From Felis catus (taxonomy: Eukaryota), in contig NC_058368.1 in NCBI RefSeq assembly GCF_018350175.1, forward strand, positions 209,624,001 through 209,688,000: a stretch of 64,000 bases of DNA, read 5' to 3'. The notes under the pieces were generated by a model. The model was not told the origin of the DNA, ran no database searches, and saw only the letters and a list, made by a program, of their open reading frames with translations. Of the stretch, positions 26,996-37,832 are shown in pieces. Both the position numbers and the translations under genes were made by a program. Position 1 is the stretch's first letter. Every line of letters begins with the position of its first letter.

Positions 26996-28620
26996 AAATA
27001 ATTTCAGTCATCATATCACTATTTTATGTGAATAACATTTTTAACATACTGATATGTATTTCTCATTACAGGTAACTTATCTACATTGTTGTTATACACA
27101 ATATATAAATTAGAATTAACAAAGAAAATTAAAACTGTAATAAATCAACCTTGGGTTTAAAACAAGTATTTGAAAACTTTCCCTCAGTATCTTACTCGCA
27201 ATTCTATTGTCCAAAGGACTGAAACAAAAAACCCTTCCTATAACTTTACCATCCTTACTAACAATTAAAAAAGGAACCCTGTTTTAAGTTTTTCTATGAT
27301 TTACTTTTACACACAATTTGTTATGTGTGTACTGTTAAGGATGTATGTAAATAAAATATTCTTAACCAAAAAGCAAGATGCCTTAAGAACACATATATAG
27401 CTAAGAAAATTATATTTCAAGATTAACATAAACATATACTTGCCACTCACTAATCTTAGATTTAGAAATGTATCTTTAGGAAATATCACATAGCTCCGTT
27501 CTAATTTGTTCAACAAAAACGTATTGAATATCTACAAAACAGGAAAAGCACCGTAATGGTACTACAGACATAAAGATAAAAATAATACAAGTCTCCTTGC
27601 TCTCATATAGCTGGTGGTTTACTATGGCTGACAGACACAGGAACAAATTTTATCCAAGAGATACAAGTAATAAACTAGCAAATGCTAGGACATGGAATAA
27701 CCAGAGAAACTTCCATGAAAAAGGCATGCTTTCTTTTTCTCCTTAAGAGAAATTTCTGGTCTGTGAGTAGATGTTTTGAGAAGTAACACAAGTCTACAGA
27801 AGAAAGCAGGAATGCTGCACAAATATACATTTTCACAGTTAATATCAATGCTTTCTCACTAGCGTTATGAACTTATGAAAATCTCAGAATTTGAGGCCTT
27901 TCAAACTGCTCAAGTTTTCATCAAGGAAAATATTACAGAACTAGCCACATCAACACCATCACCTGAACTCACTGTGCTATAAAAATTTTTTGCTTAGGAC
28001 ACTGACACAGAAAGAAAGAAACACATAAGAAAAGGGAAAGAGGAAAAAGATTGATAAAGTTAAGTAAAAAGCATATGTCATGTGTGTCTTTCAAGATAAC
28101 CCAAAGGTGGGTTATGGCATAAATACTGCATTCTTAATTCTTTTCTCAAAGGGGAAAGAATGATAATAGCTTTTAGGGCATCACACTTCAACTTTCAACT
28201 TTAGAGTTTTCTGAAGCATAGGGCAGAACCTTGGTGGGGGGGTGGGAGGGTGGGAGGGGGGAACTGTCATGTGTATCAGTTTTTTAAGAACAGTATTTTA
28301 AAGGGGGGGAAGTTATGCCCAATTTATACTCATAGAAAATTTCAATTTGGTCATCACCAAGGGAAAACTAAACTACATACAGCCTAACTCAGATGATCAA
28401 TTTCTTTTGGTGGAAACTGGCAAGCCACAATGCTATCAGATAAAGACAACTAAAAGCAGGTTTAAAAATCCTGAAAAGGTTGCCAAGTAGAAGTGTTGAG
28501 AAAAGTCAGTGATGTATTTTACTTATTAGGATTAATTTCAAGGACAATTTTTGTTTTGCAAATTTAAAAATTAAATATAAAATCATAAAGATTAATATTT
28601 TTAGAGTCAACTATAGTTTA

Positions 28621-28856
28621 TTTTTTAATTTTTTTTTTTTTTTTTTTTTGTTTCAACGTTTATTTATTTTTGGGACAGAGAGAGACAGAGCATGAACGGG
28701 GGAGGGGCAGAGAGAGAGGGAGACACAGAATCAGAAACAGGCTCCAGGCTCCAAGCCACCAGCCCAGAGCCTGACGCGGGGCTCGAACTCCCGGACCGCG
28801 AGATCGTGACCTGGCTGAAGTCGGACGCTTAACCGACTGCGCCACCCAGGCGCCCC
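28621..28856 (-). mobile_element. Young feline Can-SINE (SINEC_Fc-like)
   Basis: CpGs intact, long T tract, perfect 17-bp TSD GAGTCAACTATAGTTTA (28604-28620 and 28857-28873). Confidence 0.95.
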
Positions 28857-29304
28857 GAGTCAACTATAGTTTAAATTGTAATAATTCATTAGTGTTTCAA
28901 GCACTGTAAGTTTTTAAGGTATCTAGAATCAGTGACCAGTTAAAAAACAGTACTCTTTAAACAAGTGCACATATTATCAGCATAGGACCAAAAGACTGAG
29001 AAGTACAAGTGACTCAAATAACTCCAACAAAAAGGAATCGAATATTTCAAAATTGTGTCACAGCTTCTGAATTTCTCAGGAGAGGTAAAAGTACAAAAAA
29101 AAACTTTTAATAAATTAACTGATACTAATTCCATGGTTTCACATACTGAAAATGTTTCCTTCTTCTGCCAATGGACAAATGTATACAAAAGAAAACTTTA
29201 AAGGTTTGGTATGTTCAAGTGAACTAATATGACACACACGTAAGATGGCAAAATAATTTAGTTACATAAACTATGTTGGAGGTTTGATGTATCCTTGGGG
29301 ATTC

Positions 29305-29503
29305 TTTTTTTAAGTTTATTTATTTATTTTGAGAGAGACAGAGTATGAGTAGGGGAGGTACAGAAAGAGAGGGAGAATACCAAGCAGGCTCTGTCCTCTC
29401 AGCGCAGAGCCTGACGCAGGGCTCAAACTCAGGAAACCATGAGATCATGACCTGAGCCGAAAAAAAGTCAGATGCTTAACCGACTGAACCACCCAGATGC
29501 TCC
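29305..29503 (-). mobile_element. Can-SINE
   Basis: Reverse SINE motifs. Confidence 0.85.
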
Positions 29504-29837
29504 TCTTGGTAATATTTTTTAATGCTTGACATTTTTAGAAGAAATAACTTAATCACAATAATATAAAAATAAAGTGGCTTTTCCCATTTCACCAATTTCT
29601 GTAAATATAGCTTGCATATATTTAAAAATAAATATCCTTCTTAAAGGCACACTTGTGTATATACATTTTGTACATTACACAAGGTGTAAACTAACAAGGT
29701 ATTTTACAGAAAAGACTGTAATCAAATAATCAATCATGTATAACTAACCAAAACAGTTCAGAATTCCTCTTTGTGACAGAAAAAGTGTCACTGCTTTATA
29801 ACCAAGTCTATCCTTTTTATCAAAAAAATGTATTACA

Positions 29838-29950
29838 GGGACACCTGGCTGGCTCTGTGGGTAGAGCATGAGACTCTTGATCTGAACTCTGTGAGTTTGA
29901 GCCCCACATTGGGTGTAGAGATTACTTAAAAAGTAAATCTTTAAAAAAGA
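29838..29950 (+). mobile_element. Short Can-SINE
   Basis: GGGACACCTGGCTGGCTC...GAGCCCCACATTGGGTGTAGAGATTACT; TSD AAATGTATTA. Confidence 0.82.
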
Positions 29951-29969
29951 AATGTATTATAAATCTTGA

Positions 29970-30430
29970 AAAGGCAGGGTGGTAGAATTAAAAGACGTTT
30001 TAGAGTTAGACACATTGGGTTGGAGTCCTACCTCTAACACTTGCTAGATTTGTCACCCTGGTCGAGGTTCTTAAACATGATGAGCCTCAATTTCCTTGTC
30101 TGTGAAACAAGAACACATCGCTAACCTCATTGGGCAGCTAGGAGGTTCAAATCATGATACACAGTGTAGTGGTTAAGGGTGATAGGTAAAGCATCAACTT
30201 TGGAGTCCTTTCTCCGCTTTCTTCCACTTGTTAGCTATGGGAGCCTAGGCTAGTCATCTAATCATTCTATACCTCTGTTTTCCCAACTCTCTTAGAATAA
30301 TAAACACAACTAGATTCATATACCTTGAAGAATTGAGAAAATTCATGGTACATGGATATCGCTAATAACATTACATATAAATGTAAACCACTCAATATAG
30401 TGCCTAACACAAAAAAGATCTTATTAAATC
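29970..30430 (+). mobile_element. Two adjacent MIR fragments
   Basis: GAGCCTCAATTTCCTTGTCTGTGAAA and GTGTAGTGGTTAAG...ATAGTGCCTAACAC. Confidence 0.6.
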
Positions 30431-33400
30431 TAAGTTCTCCTAAACTAACTTCTAAATTACTTTTCCTGTCTCTAAAACTCAAATTTACCCCTAAAGATAA
30501 AGATTTGCCATTAAGGATTAAAAAAAAGACTATCACAAAGGCTCCAAAGGTTATCATTAAAGGAACCCCCTTAAGATTGTATGTAATAGCAAAAGCTCTA
30601 GAAAAAGCACACAATTTCCCAAGTTGATGACTTTAAAAGGATTAACATTCTTTTGCTATAAAACGCTAGAGTTTTTAAAAATTATCAGTCATACTGATTT
30701 ATACATTCATCTACTACACAATTGATTACACACATTTCTATAAATGAAATCACTCTCTAAAGCCAAATTTTCCCTTTCTAAAAATAGATGCTATGGCAAT
30801 TTCAACTCAAAAATGAAAAACTTAAAAGAAGTAAAAATTACACAGACTGCCTAACAAATATAAGATGGTAAAGATCTGATTTCAAACATTATATAGGATA
30901 TACAGTCTGCATTATATTTTAGTTCTTTGCCCCAACTACACAAGTTCCTTGCATATATGACTTATAAGTAGTGAATTAACTAACCAAAAAATATGAAGAT
31001 TTTACTAAAACTAGAAATGTGGAATCCTAAATTCTTGAGAAAAAAATATAAATCAGACTGACCATTTACTAATTATAAGACAATGGGCAATTTTCTAACC
31101 TTTCCAGCCCCATTACTTCATCTATAAATTGTGGATAACAGTTTCTATTTCCTGAGCTCATTATTTTAAATGAAGTAATATTATAGAGTCATACTTAACA
31201 CAATTTCTGGCAAATTATAAGCCCTCAAAATCTTATCTAGCTGGCATTAAGAAATAATCTCTCCTAAAAATATCACTTTGGAAATAAAAAGAAATATGCC
31301 TTAAAACAAGGCAATCTGACAAAACTCAATTAAAATGGACTCTAGATTTACACCAAACAAAACAATGTACAACACAAATATCTATAATCACTTTTTACTA
31401 TCTACCTGGGCAAAAAATTCTAAGCACATAAAATACTTTTTAAAATTACAACGATAATTGCTTTTTAAAATTGCTTTTAAACCAATTAGAAAACACTAAA
31501 ATTCCACGCTATAAAAAAAACTTTCAGGAGTAATTATGAATTGTTTACTACAACTATGGTTAATTGACTTACACTCTTTAGGAGAAACATAATGTAAATA
31601 AATTCAGTCATTCAAACACCAAACATACCCACAAGGTCAGGCTTTCTAATTTAAAAGTACTAGTTTCATACCTGGAAAATACAACCAAGAGACAGGTATC
31701 ATAGCTCCCCTAAAAGAAGAGGAAAAATCACCCTGGACTCAGATACTTGAAAAAGCCACATAAGGTATCAGTGTCAACACTGAGCAATAGCAATACCTAG
31801 CTTTGTGACCAGAACACACACTTTTGTTAAAACAACATAATCTAATAAACAAACTTGTAAGAGTAAGGGAATCCCTTATTCTCACTCACTACATGAACCT
31901 ACACAAATCACATGGCCTCTAAGTATCAAGATTTTCATCAAAAAATGGAAATAATGCCGAACACTTCTCTCACAGAGAAATGGGAATATTTAAAAATGAA
32001 CTCAGGTCACCTTGAAAAAGAACCATTTCAAAAATTCAAAGAGCAATTATAAAGAACAACTGCTCTTTGCTAAAAAAGTATATTTTAAAATGATTTTTAA
32101 AGGCTATATAATACCATAAATTACCAGCAAAATCAATTTAATATGTTCAGGATATTAAAGTAAACATCTTCAACTAAATAGTTCATTACCAGGTTTCCAT
32201 AAAGTTCCTAGTCAGTAATTTCCTATTCACTTTATAGCAAATAAATGTGATCAACAACACTGAAGTTACATTTCTCAAAAAGGAATTTTTATTTACCTCA
32301 TTCTCCCCAATCACTTCACATAACACTAAAATCTTATTTTAAAATTCCAGAATTACTCATAAATGATCCTTGTCCTAATAAGCAATGGGGTGGAGAAAGT
32401 TAAATAAAATCATATAAAATTCAAACTCTCTAGTTTTTACTTACTCTATCATTAATTTTTACATCAATATAGAGCAGGTCAAAATATGAAATAGATGGTT
32501 GCAAATGTTTCTACAGCAGTCTGATGAGACATTGGTACCAAAGAATTAAATATGAAACTAATATAGGAAGTCTTAAAAAACACATGTTTGAGTTAGGTAG
32601 TCTGGCACCCAATAAAGAGGATTACATATCTGAATTGGTATAACTTTGCTCACAGTATTTTTGAAATTTAATAATGATCACTCTGCAGAAAACTAAAGCC
32701 TGGTTTACTATCATCCTAAGTGAAAACTTTCACTTTTCATCCTCAAAAATAATCTCAAATAGACAGTCTTTCTTCAAATGTAACTTTTTACTTCTTAAAG
32801 AGGGCAGTATAAAGATCCCTAGCACAGGTTCAAAATGCTTTCCAATGACTTCAGTAAACAAATTGTTGAATGACTTTCAAGAAGCAGCATCCTATGTACT
32901 CTTCTCAAAACACTAAAAATAATTATTTAATATTCAATGTTAATTTGATTCACTAGACTTTCACCACTTTAGAAGTGCTTTCTTTTCAAGTAATTATTAT
33001 AAGTTATTTGTAACTCAACAGACTCGAGAGAAACAATAAACCACACTGTTGAATAAACACTAGGAATTACTTCTCCAAATAATATAACTAACATTAGAAG
33101 CCTACTGGAACACTTATAGTGTCTTCTTTCACTAAATTAAAAAATAATGATAATAACAGAAATACAGAAATAGCCACTAGCGACTATCCCAACCAATACA
33201 GGGGAGGTAGAGCAGAGTATTCATAATCTCCAGGGAAATACAAATTATTATTCCTTCCAACTAAATTGTCAAAAAATTTTAAGTTCAAGTTTAGGTTTTG
33301 TTCGAGCTTTACAATGTTTTTTTCCTTTAAAAATAACTTATTTAATTGGTTTGGACCAAACAACAAATATTTTCAACTTACTTTAAAATGTTTATACTAC

Positions 33401-35640
33401 TTTAATGAAAGATATCACACAACCTATATTACTTACAGAACACTAAATATGTAGAATTGGTAAAATAAGATCTGGTAAGAACTAATTCATTTTAATTCCA
33501 AAGTCACAGGAAAAAAAAATCAATCACATAAACATATCTAACACACTGATTCAAACATCTGTGTAAGAAGGCTCCCCTTAACTATAAAACGCTAAAAATA
33601 AGTTGCTTCTGTTGATGAAAACTAAACAAGCAGAACTCCTCTTTTCCATTACCTTTAGTAGAAATATGTTCATCCTTTGACATATGTCTCCGTATTTTAT
33701 TTAAATAAAAGTTGTAAAGGCATCACAGGTTCATATAAGGGCCTTTCAAACATTTACACTGAAAACCTTATCCACACCCCCCTCCCCCCGCCGCTGGCCC
33801 CCAAACCCTCTGTTTCAGATATGAAGTGTTCCTCCCTTCTGTATTCCCTCTCCCCAACAAGCCCCCATTGGCATGCCCCCCCCACCCAGTGTAGGCCTGA
33901 GGCCCTGTAGCAAACAGTGTCTAACAGGAGCAGGCAGCACAAAGACAGGAATGGGAGATTAGTGGGAGGGAGGGAGGCCGGGATTGGGGCTCAGCAGGAG
34001 CTTCAGGCTTTTTAAAATTCAAACTGCTCCCTGACCAATACAAATCACGGACACGCTACTGACTACTACACGGATTTATAGCATTAAAAACATGCCTAGT
34101 ACGTGACAGCTATATTAACTTCACTCTTTTTAACATTTATCCATACGTTTGCGGGAAATGTGGAACAGTTTATTTTAAGCAGAGGGCTAAACTCAAAAAT
34201 AACCTTCAGAAAAGTTACTTATTCTACAATGACTATAATTTAACAAGACACAAAAAATTCTAACCAATGTAACCCCCATTAGTAAAACAAGGGACTTTGT
34301 TGATCAGTGTTGCTTCATTCTAAGCAGTGAAAGTTTTCCTTCCCTGAACATGAGACAAAGTATCAAAATAGTCTAACACCAGGAACATTTAGTTTTCTAG
34401 GCAATTTGTATGGCTGAGGACTTTTAAATGGATTGTTCTTCCCTTATGCCAACCTATCTGACCAACGCCTCCATAAACAAGCTCTGAACACCTAACTTAC
34501 TCATGAACTAGAATTTGTTAAGGCAGAACTGATATTTTTCTCTAGCATTTACAGATACATTTGACCTATTAAAATGACACCTCTCTCATTACACAGTCAA
34601 ACATCATGGGCACAAACAGCCAATGACAATCCTGGGACCTCAAGAAGATCTGCCCTGACATGAAAGGATGGCACCTTCTACATTTTTTTTTTTTTAACCT
34701 CCCTGGGATTCTAAGCATAACTTAATTTCTATGCTTTTAAAGAAAATTGCTTTTACCTATACCTCGGTACAATTCTCAAAACAGACAATATTCTTTGTAT
34801 GCTTCTACACACTTAGATCAGGAAGTACCTGAGAATTGTATATACAGTCGTTTAAAATTGTCCTTACATAACGCACACAAATCTAAAGTGGCAGGGTAAA
34901 CCTGTCAAGTACTTTACACTTGCCTTTGAATAAAAAGTCCATGTGCAACACACACTGTCAAACAACAACATAAAAACTCTTGGGGGGGGGCATATGCAGT
35001 GTCTACCACACTATGGTTTTCTACATTAAATATTCATGTGGGCAATTTAATTCTTTAAAAATGAAAATGAGTCTTTATTAACTTTCTAATGTCCAAACAA
35101 GTTTTACACAGGACACGAATTGCCACTGGATCCGTGTCTGAGTATTTACATTTGTCTCACTAACTGAAACTACTTCCTCCCTTCATGGGGTCACAGGGGG
35201 AAGAAGGGGGGTTGTTTGTTTCACTGGGACGTTCCCCACTCCGGGACCAGGAAAGTTGTAAATATGGGGACGAACAGGGCACATTTGCTGTTAGTTGTAT
35301 TGTTTCCGCCTCCTCACTAGCTACGGCTCTTCTCCCTGGCGAGGCCTGTCACCGACCAGCAGTAGCTCCGCTCAGCCCGGAGCTCTCCTAATCCCCGAGC
35401 TCAAGTAGATTCCGCTGGCCCGCGGCCTGCACTCTCCGCCGGGCCTACGCCTCCCCGGCCGCCCGGCAGGAGCCCAGTCCCCGCCACCGGAGCCGGCCGG
35501 GAGAGAGTACAAAACCACCGCCACCCAGGGCGGCTGCCACCGGAGAGGAGCGAACTCTAGACTCGCCCGTGGAGGAGACCTGGGGCCGCTAAGGAAACGG
35601 CGGGGAGGGGAGCGAGGAGGAGAGACGCTGAGGACCTGGC

Positions 35641-35661
35641 GCCGCCGCCGCCGCCGCCGCC
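35641..35661 (+). repeat. (GCC)7 trinucleotide repeat at the start of intron 1
   Basis: Direct reading; about 22 nt downstream of the exon 1 donor. Confidence 0.95.
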
Positions 35662-35738
35662 GAAATAAAGAGCAGGAATTTACCTGGGCGAATCGGCGTC
35701 TGAATCCAAGGGGAGGCCGAGGCCGCTGTGGCGAGAGA

Positions 35739-35804
35739 CTATAATCCGGGCCGGGAGGGGGGGTGGCTACGGCTCCTCTTCCGTCTCCTCAGTGCGGGGA
35801 ACAT
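35739..35804 (-). promoter_or_regulatory. uORF3 in NIPBL 5'UTR (21 aa, MFPALRRRKRSRSHPPSRPGL*)
   Basis: ATG at 35804-35802 to TAG ending at 35739; overlaps the end of uORF2 in a different frame. Confidence 0.6.
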
Positions 35805-35878
35805 GTAGAGCCGGGGGGAGACCAGCCGAGAAGACAAATCGCTGCTTCTTCTTCCTCCTCCTCCTCCTTCTCCCACAT
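35789..35878 (-). promoter_or_regulatory. uORF2 in NIPBL 5'UTR (29 aa, MWEKEEEEEEEAAICLLGWSPPGSTCSPH*)
   Basis: ATG at 35878-35876 to TGA ending at 35789; weak Kozak context (TCTATGT). Confidence 0.6.
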
Positions 35879-35913
35879 AGAAACACTCACAAACACCCGA
35901 CCAGGGGCCCGAG

Positions 35914-35928
35914 CTACCGGGGGGGCAT
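35914..35928 (-). promoter_or_regulatory. uORF1 in NIPBL 5'UTR (MPPR*)
   Basis: GGCGGCG ATG CCC CCC CGG TAG; G at -3. Confidence 0.7.
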
Positions 35929-37369
35929 CGCCGCCGGCCCGGGAACCAATCCTCCTGTCGGCGGGGGCGTCCCTCCCTGCGGCTTGGTGGTGTCGGGTGA
36001 GTCGGTACCGACGGAGGGAGGGGGGGGAGGGCGGGGGGGGAAGGAGCCCTGTGTGTGTCTCTCTCTCGTTCCGTCTCTCCCTCTCAGAACAAAATGCCGA
36101 CCGGAAGTGCAGCTGCAGGAATGACTCCCTCCGCCGGCGCCAAACACTAACAACCACCCCCTCTTCCCCACTCCACTTCCGCCACCGCCGCTGCCGCCGC
36201 CACTTGGGCTCGCGTCCTCGGCCGCGCCGCACCGCGCCGCGCCGCACCACCCCGCGCCCGGGCTGGCCGGGGCCGGCAGCAGGCGGCGGCCGCTGTCCTT
36301 TGCGCCCTTCTCCTCCTCAGAGCGACTGCGGATGTTGCCTTTAATTGTCGATCCTGCGGAGCGGCGTTTTCGCTGCGGCACGGACGGGCCGGCTTTCCCC
36401 GGTCTTTATTTTCCTGGAGGCCGACCGGAGCGGGGCCCGAGTTCGGTGGTGGTCTTGTGCGTGAGGGGCGCTCAGGCCCGGACCGGCTCGCAGGCCAGGC
36501 TCGCTAACCCAGCTGGTGGTCTTTAGCTTAGGAAGCCGAGCTCGGGGCGACCAGGTAGAGGACGCCCGCGTTTCGACGGCGACGGTGCATTTTTTAAATG
36601 GTGTCTCTGCAGTCTGGTGGATGGATGTATCGTACACCTCTCCTCTGGAGAGCCGGACTCTACGCCCGTCTCTGCATTATTTCTGCGGAGTAAGGACGCA
36701 GCCCTTGGAGGTGAAGAAGATTCCCGGCCGGATTGAATTGGAATCGTGTTGTGATGCTTTGGTTTCTGGAAATACGCGGTCTTTTTGTTGGCGGTGGTCT
36801 TGGTTCTTGCCTAACTGTCGGGAGAAAGGCCTGTAGGCGACGCTGTGCGAACGAGGAGCTGGCCGGCCGCGGGCCCGGAGCGCGCGGGTCCGCGCCCCCC
36901 TCGAGGTGTGGGTGGAGCCGGGCGCGCGGGGAGTGCAGCCAGCCCAGACTCGGGCTGCCGGCGGGTCGTGGGCAAGCGGGGGGAGGGGGGGGGTGCTGGG
37001 GCCAGCCACTTTCCAACGCCGTTTTCCTCTTTACACTTGAAACAGTGAGGTACTGCACGAGGCTGGAGCCCAGTGTGATTGTGTAGAGTGCCATGCTTGT
37101 GGTCCCCTGTTGTAACAAACTTTATCGTTCCGCATTCTGTTACGTTTGTGTAAATTAAGGGGGAGCTTTCGTTCAAGTAGAAAGTGCAGTAGGTAAGCGA
37201 ATTTTACTCAGGCCGGGACGAAATTTGTGTTCTGTTTTAATGAATTTAGATTATACGTGAATTGCTTATGTATTTGTATATGTTCCAGTACGCTTAAAGG
37301 GAAATTCTGCCTCTGGGTTATTCCATTTGCCTCAAAAATCACTCGGGAGACTAAATCAGTTCTTGTTAC

Positions 37370-37832
37370 TCCTTTCCTCTAGACCCCGCAATGGCATTGC
37401 ATCTAGCTCAGCGGAAAAGTCAGTCTTGACCGTGGCCTAAATTCCGCGCGCGATGGGGTGGGGGAGAGGCTGCTCTGACCCCCTTGCCAGCAGGACTTGT
37501 GCCCTTGCTATTCGCCGTGCCAGTCTCGTTCCCCCAAGTATACATAGGGCTTGCTCCCTCGCCTTCAGGATTTTGCTCAGATGTCATCTCGGGGCCTCCG
37601 TGGCCGCTCTGGAAACTGCGAGGCCCCTGTCCCCCTTTCCCACTTTATCCTTCAGGCATTCTACAGATCTTACGTGTTTATCTTATTACCTGTTTTTCCC
37701 CAGTAGAATGTTAAACTCCAGGAGGGCAAGAAGTTTTGTTTTTCTCCACTGGTGTTTTGTGGAGAAAATGATGTCTAGACCAATGCCTGACACACCAGTA
37801 GATGCTTAATATTTGGTTAATGAATAAATGAC
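37370..37832 (+). mobile_element. LINE-2 3' fragment at the edge of the CpG island
   Basis: TAGAATGTTAAACTCCAGGAGGGCAAG...CAATGCCTGACAC...AGTAGATGCTTAATATTTGGTTAATGAATAAATG. Confidence 0.65.

Larger units (their letters stand above)
1..35683 (-). other. NIPBL: NIPBL intron 1 (partial, continues beyond the window start)
   Basis: Starts at the GT donor after exon 1. I did not see exon 2 (MNGDMPHV... start) in the window, consistent with the very long first intron known in human. Confidence 0.8.
35684..36110 (-). other. NIPBL: NIPBL exon 1 (non-coding 5'UTR exon); 5' end/TSS approximate
   Basis: The minus strand reads ...CACTTCCGGTCGGCATTTTGTTCTGAGAGGGAGAGACGGAACGAGAGAGAGACACACACAGGGCTCC...GGATTCAGACGCCGATTCGCCCAG, which I recognise as nearly identical to the human NIPBL 5'UTR. 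It ends in a canonical donor CAG|GTAAAT (GT at 35683-35682) and lies in a CpG island. Confidence 0.9.
35330..37060. promoter_or_regulatory. CpG island / bidirectional promoter of NIPBL
   Basis: Abrupt switch to GC- and CpG-rich sequence in an AT-rich background. GC boxes, ETS motifs (CCGGAAGT 36101-36108, ACTTCCG 36175-36181) and a YY1-like CAAAATGCCG at 36090-36099. No obvious TATA box. Confidence 0.9.

Noticed and set aside
30267..30627. Opposed 115 aa and 91 aa ORFs
   Set aside because: AT-rich, partly MIR-derived, no splice context or recognisable homology.
34768..34840. 11-bp inverted repeat TACAATTCTCA/TGAGAATTGTA as a possible pre-miRNA
   Set aside because: The intervening ~50 nt do not pair well enough for a miRNA-like hairpin; compatible with chance.
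35763..37176. Long overlapping ORFs (100-193 aa) on both strands in the CpG island
   Set aside because: Low-complexity Arg/Pro/Gly/Ala translations expected from stop-poor GC-rich DNA, many with non-ATG starts and no recognisable domain; the region is the NIPBL 5'UTR and promoter.
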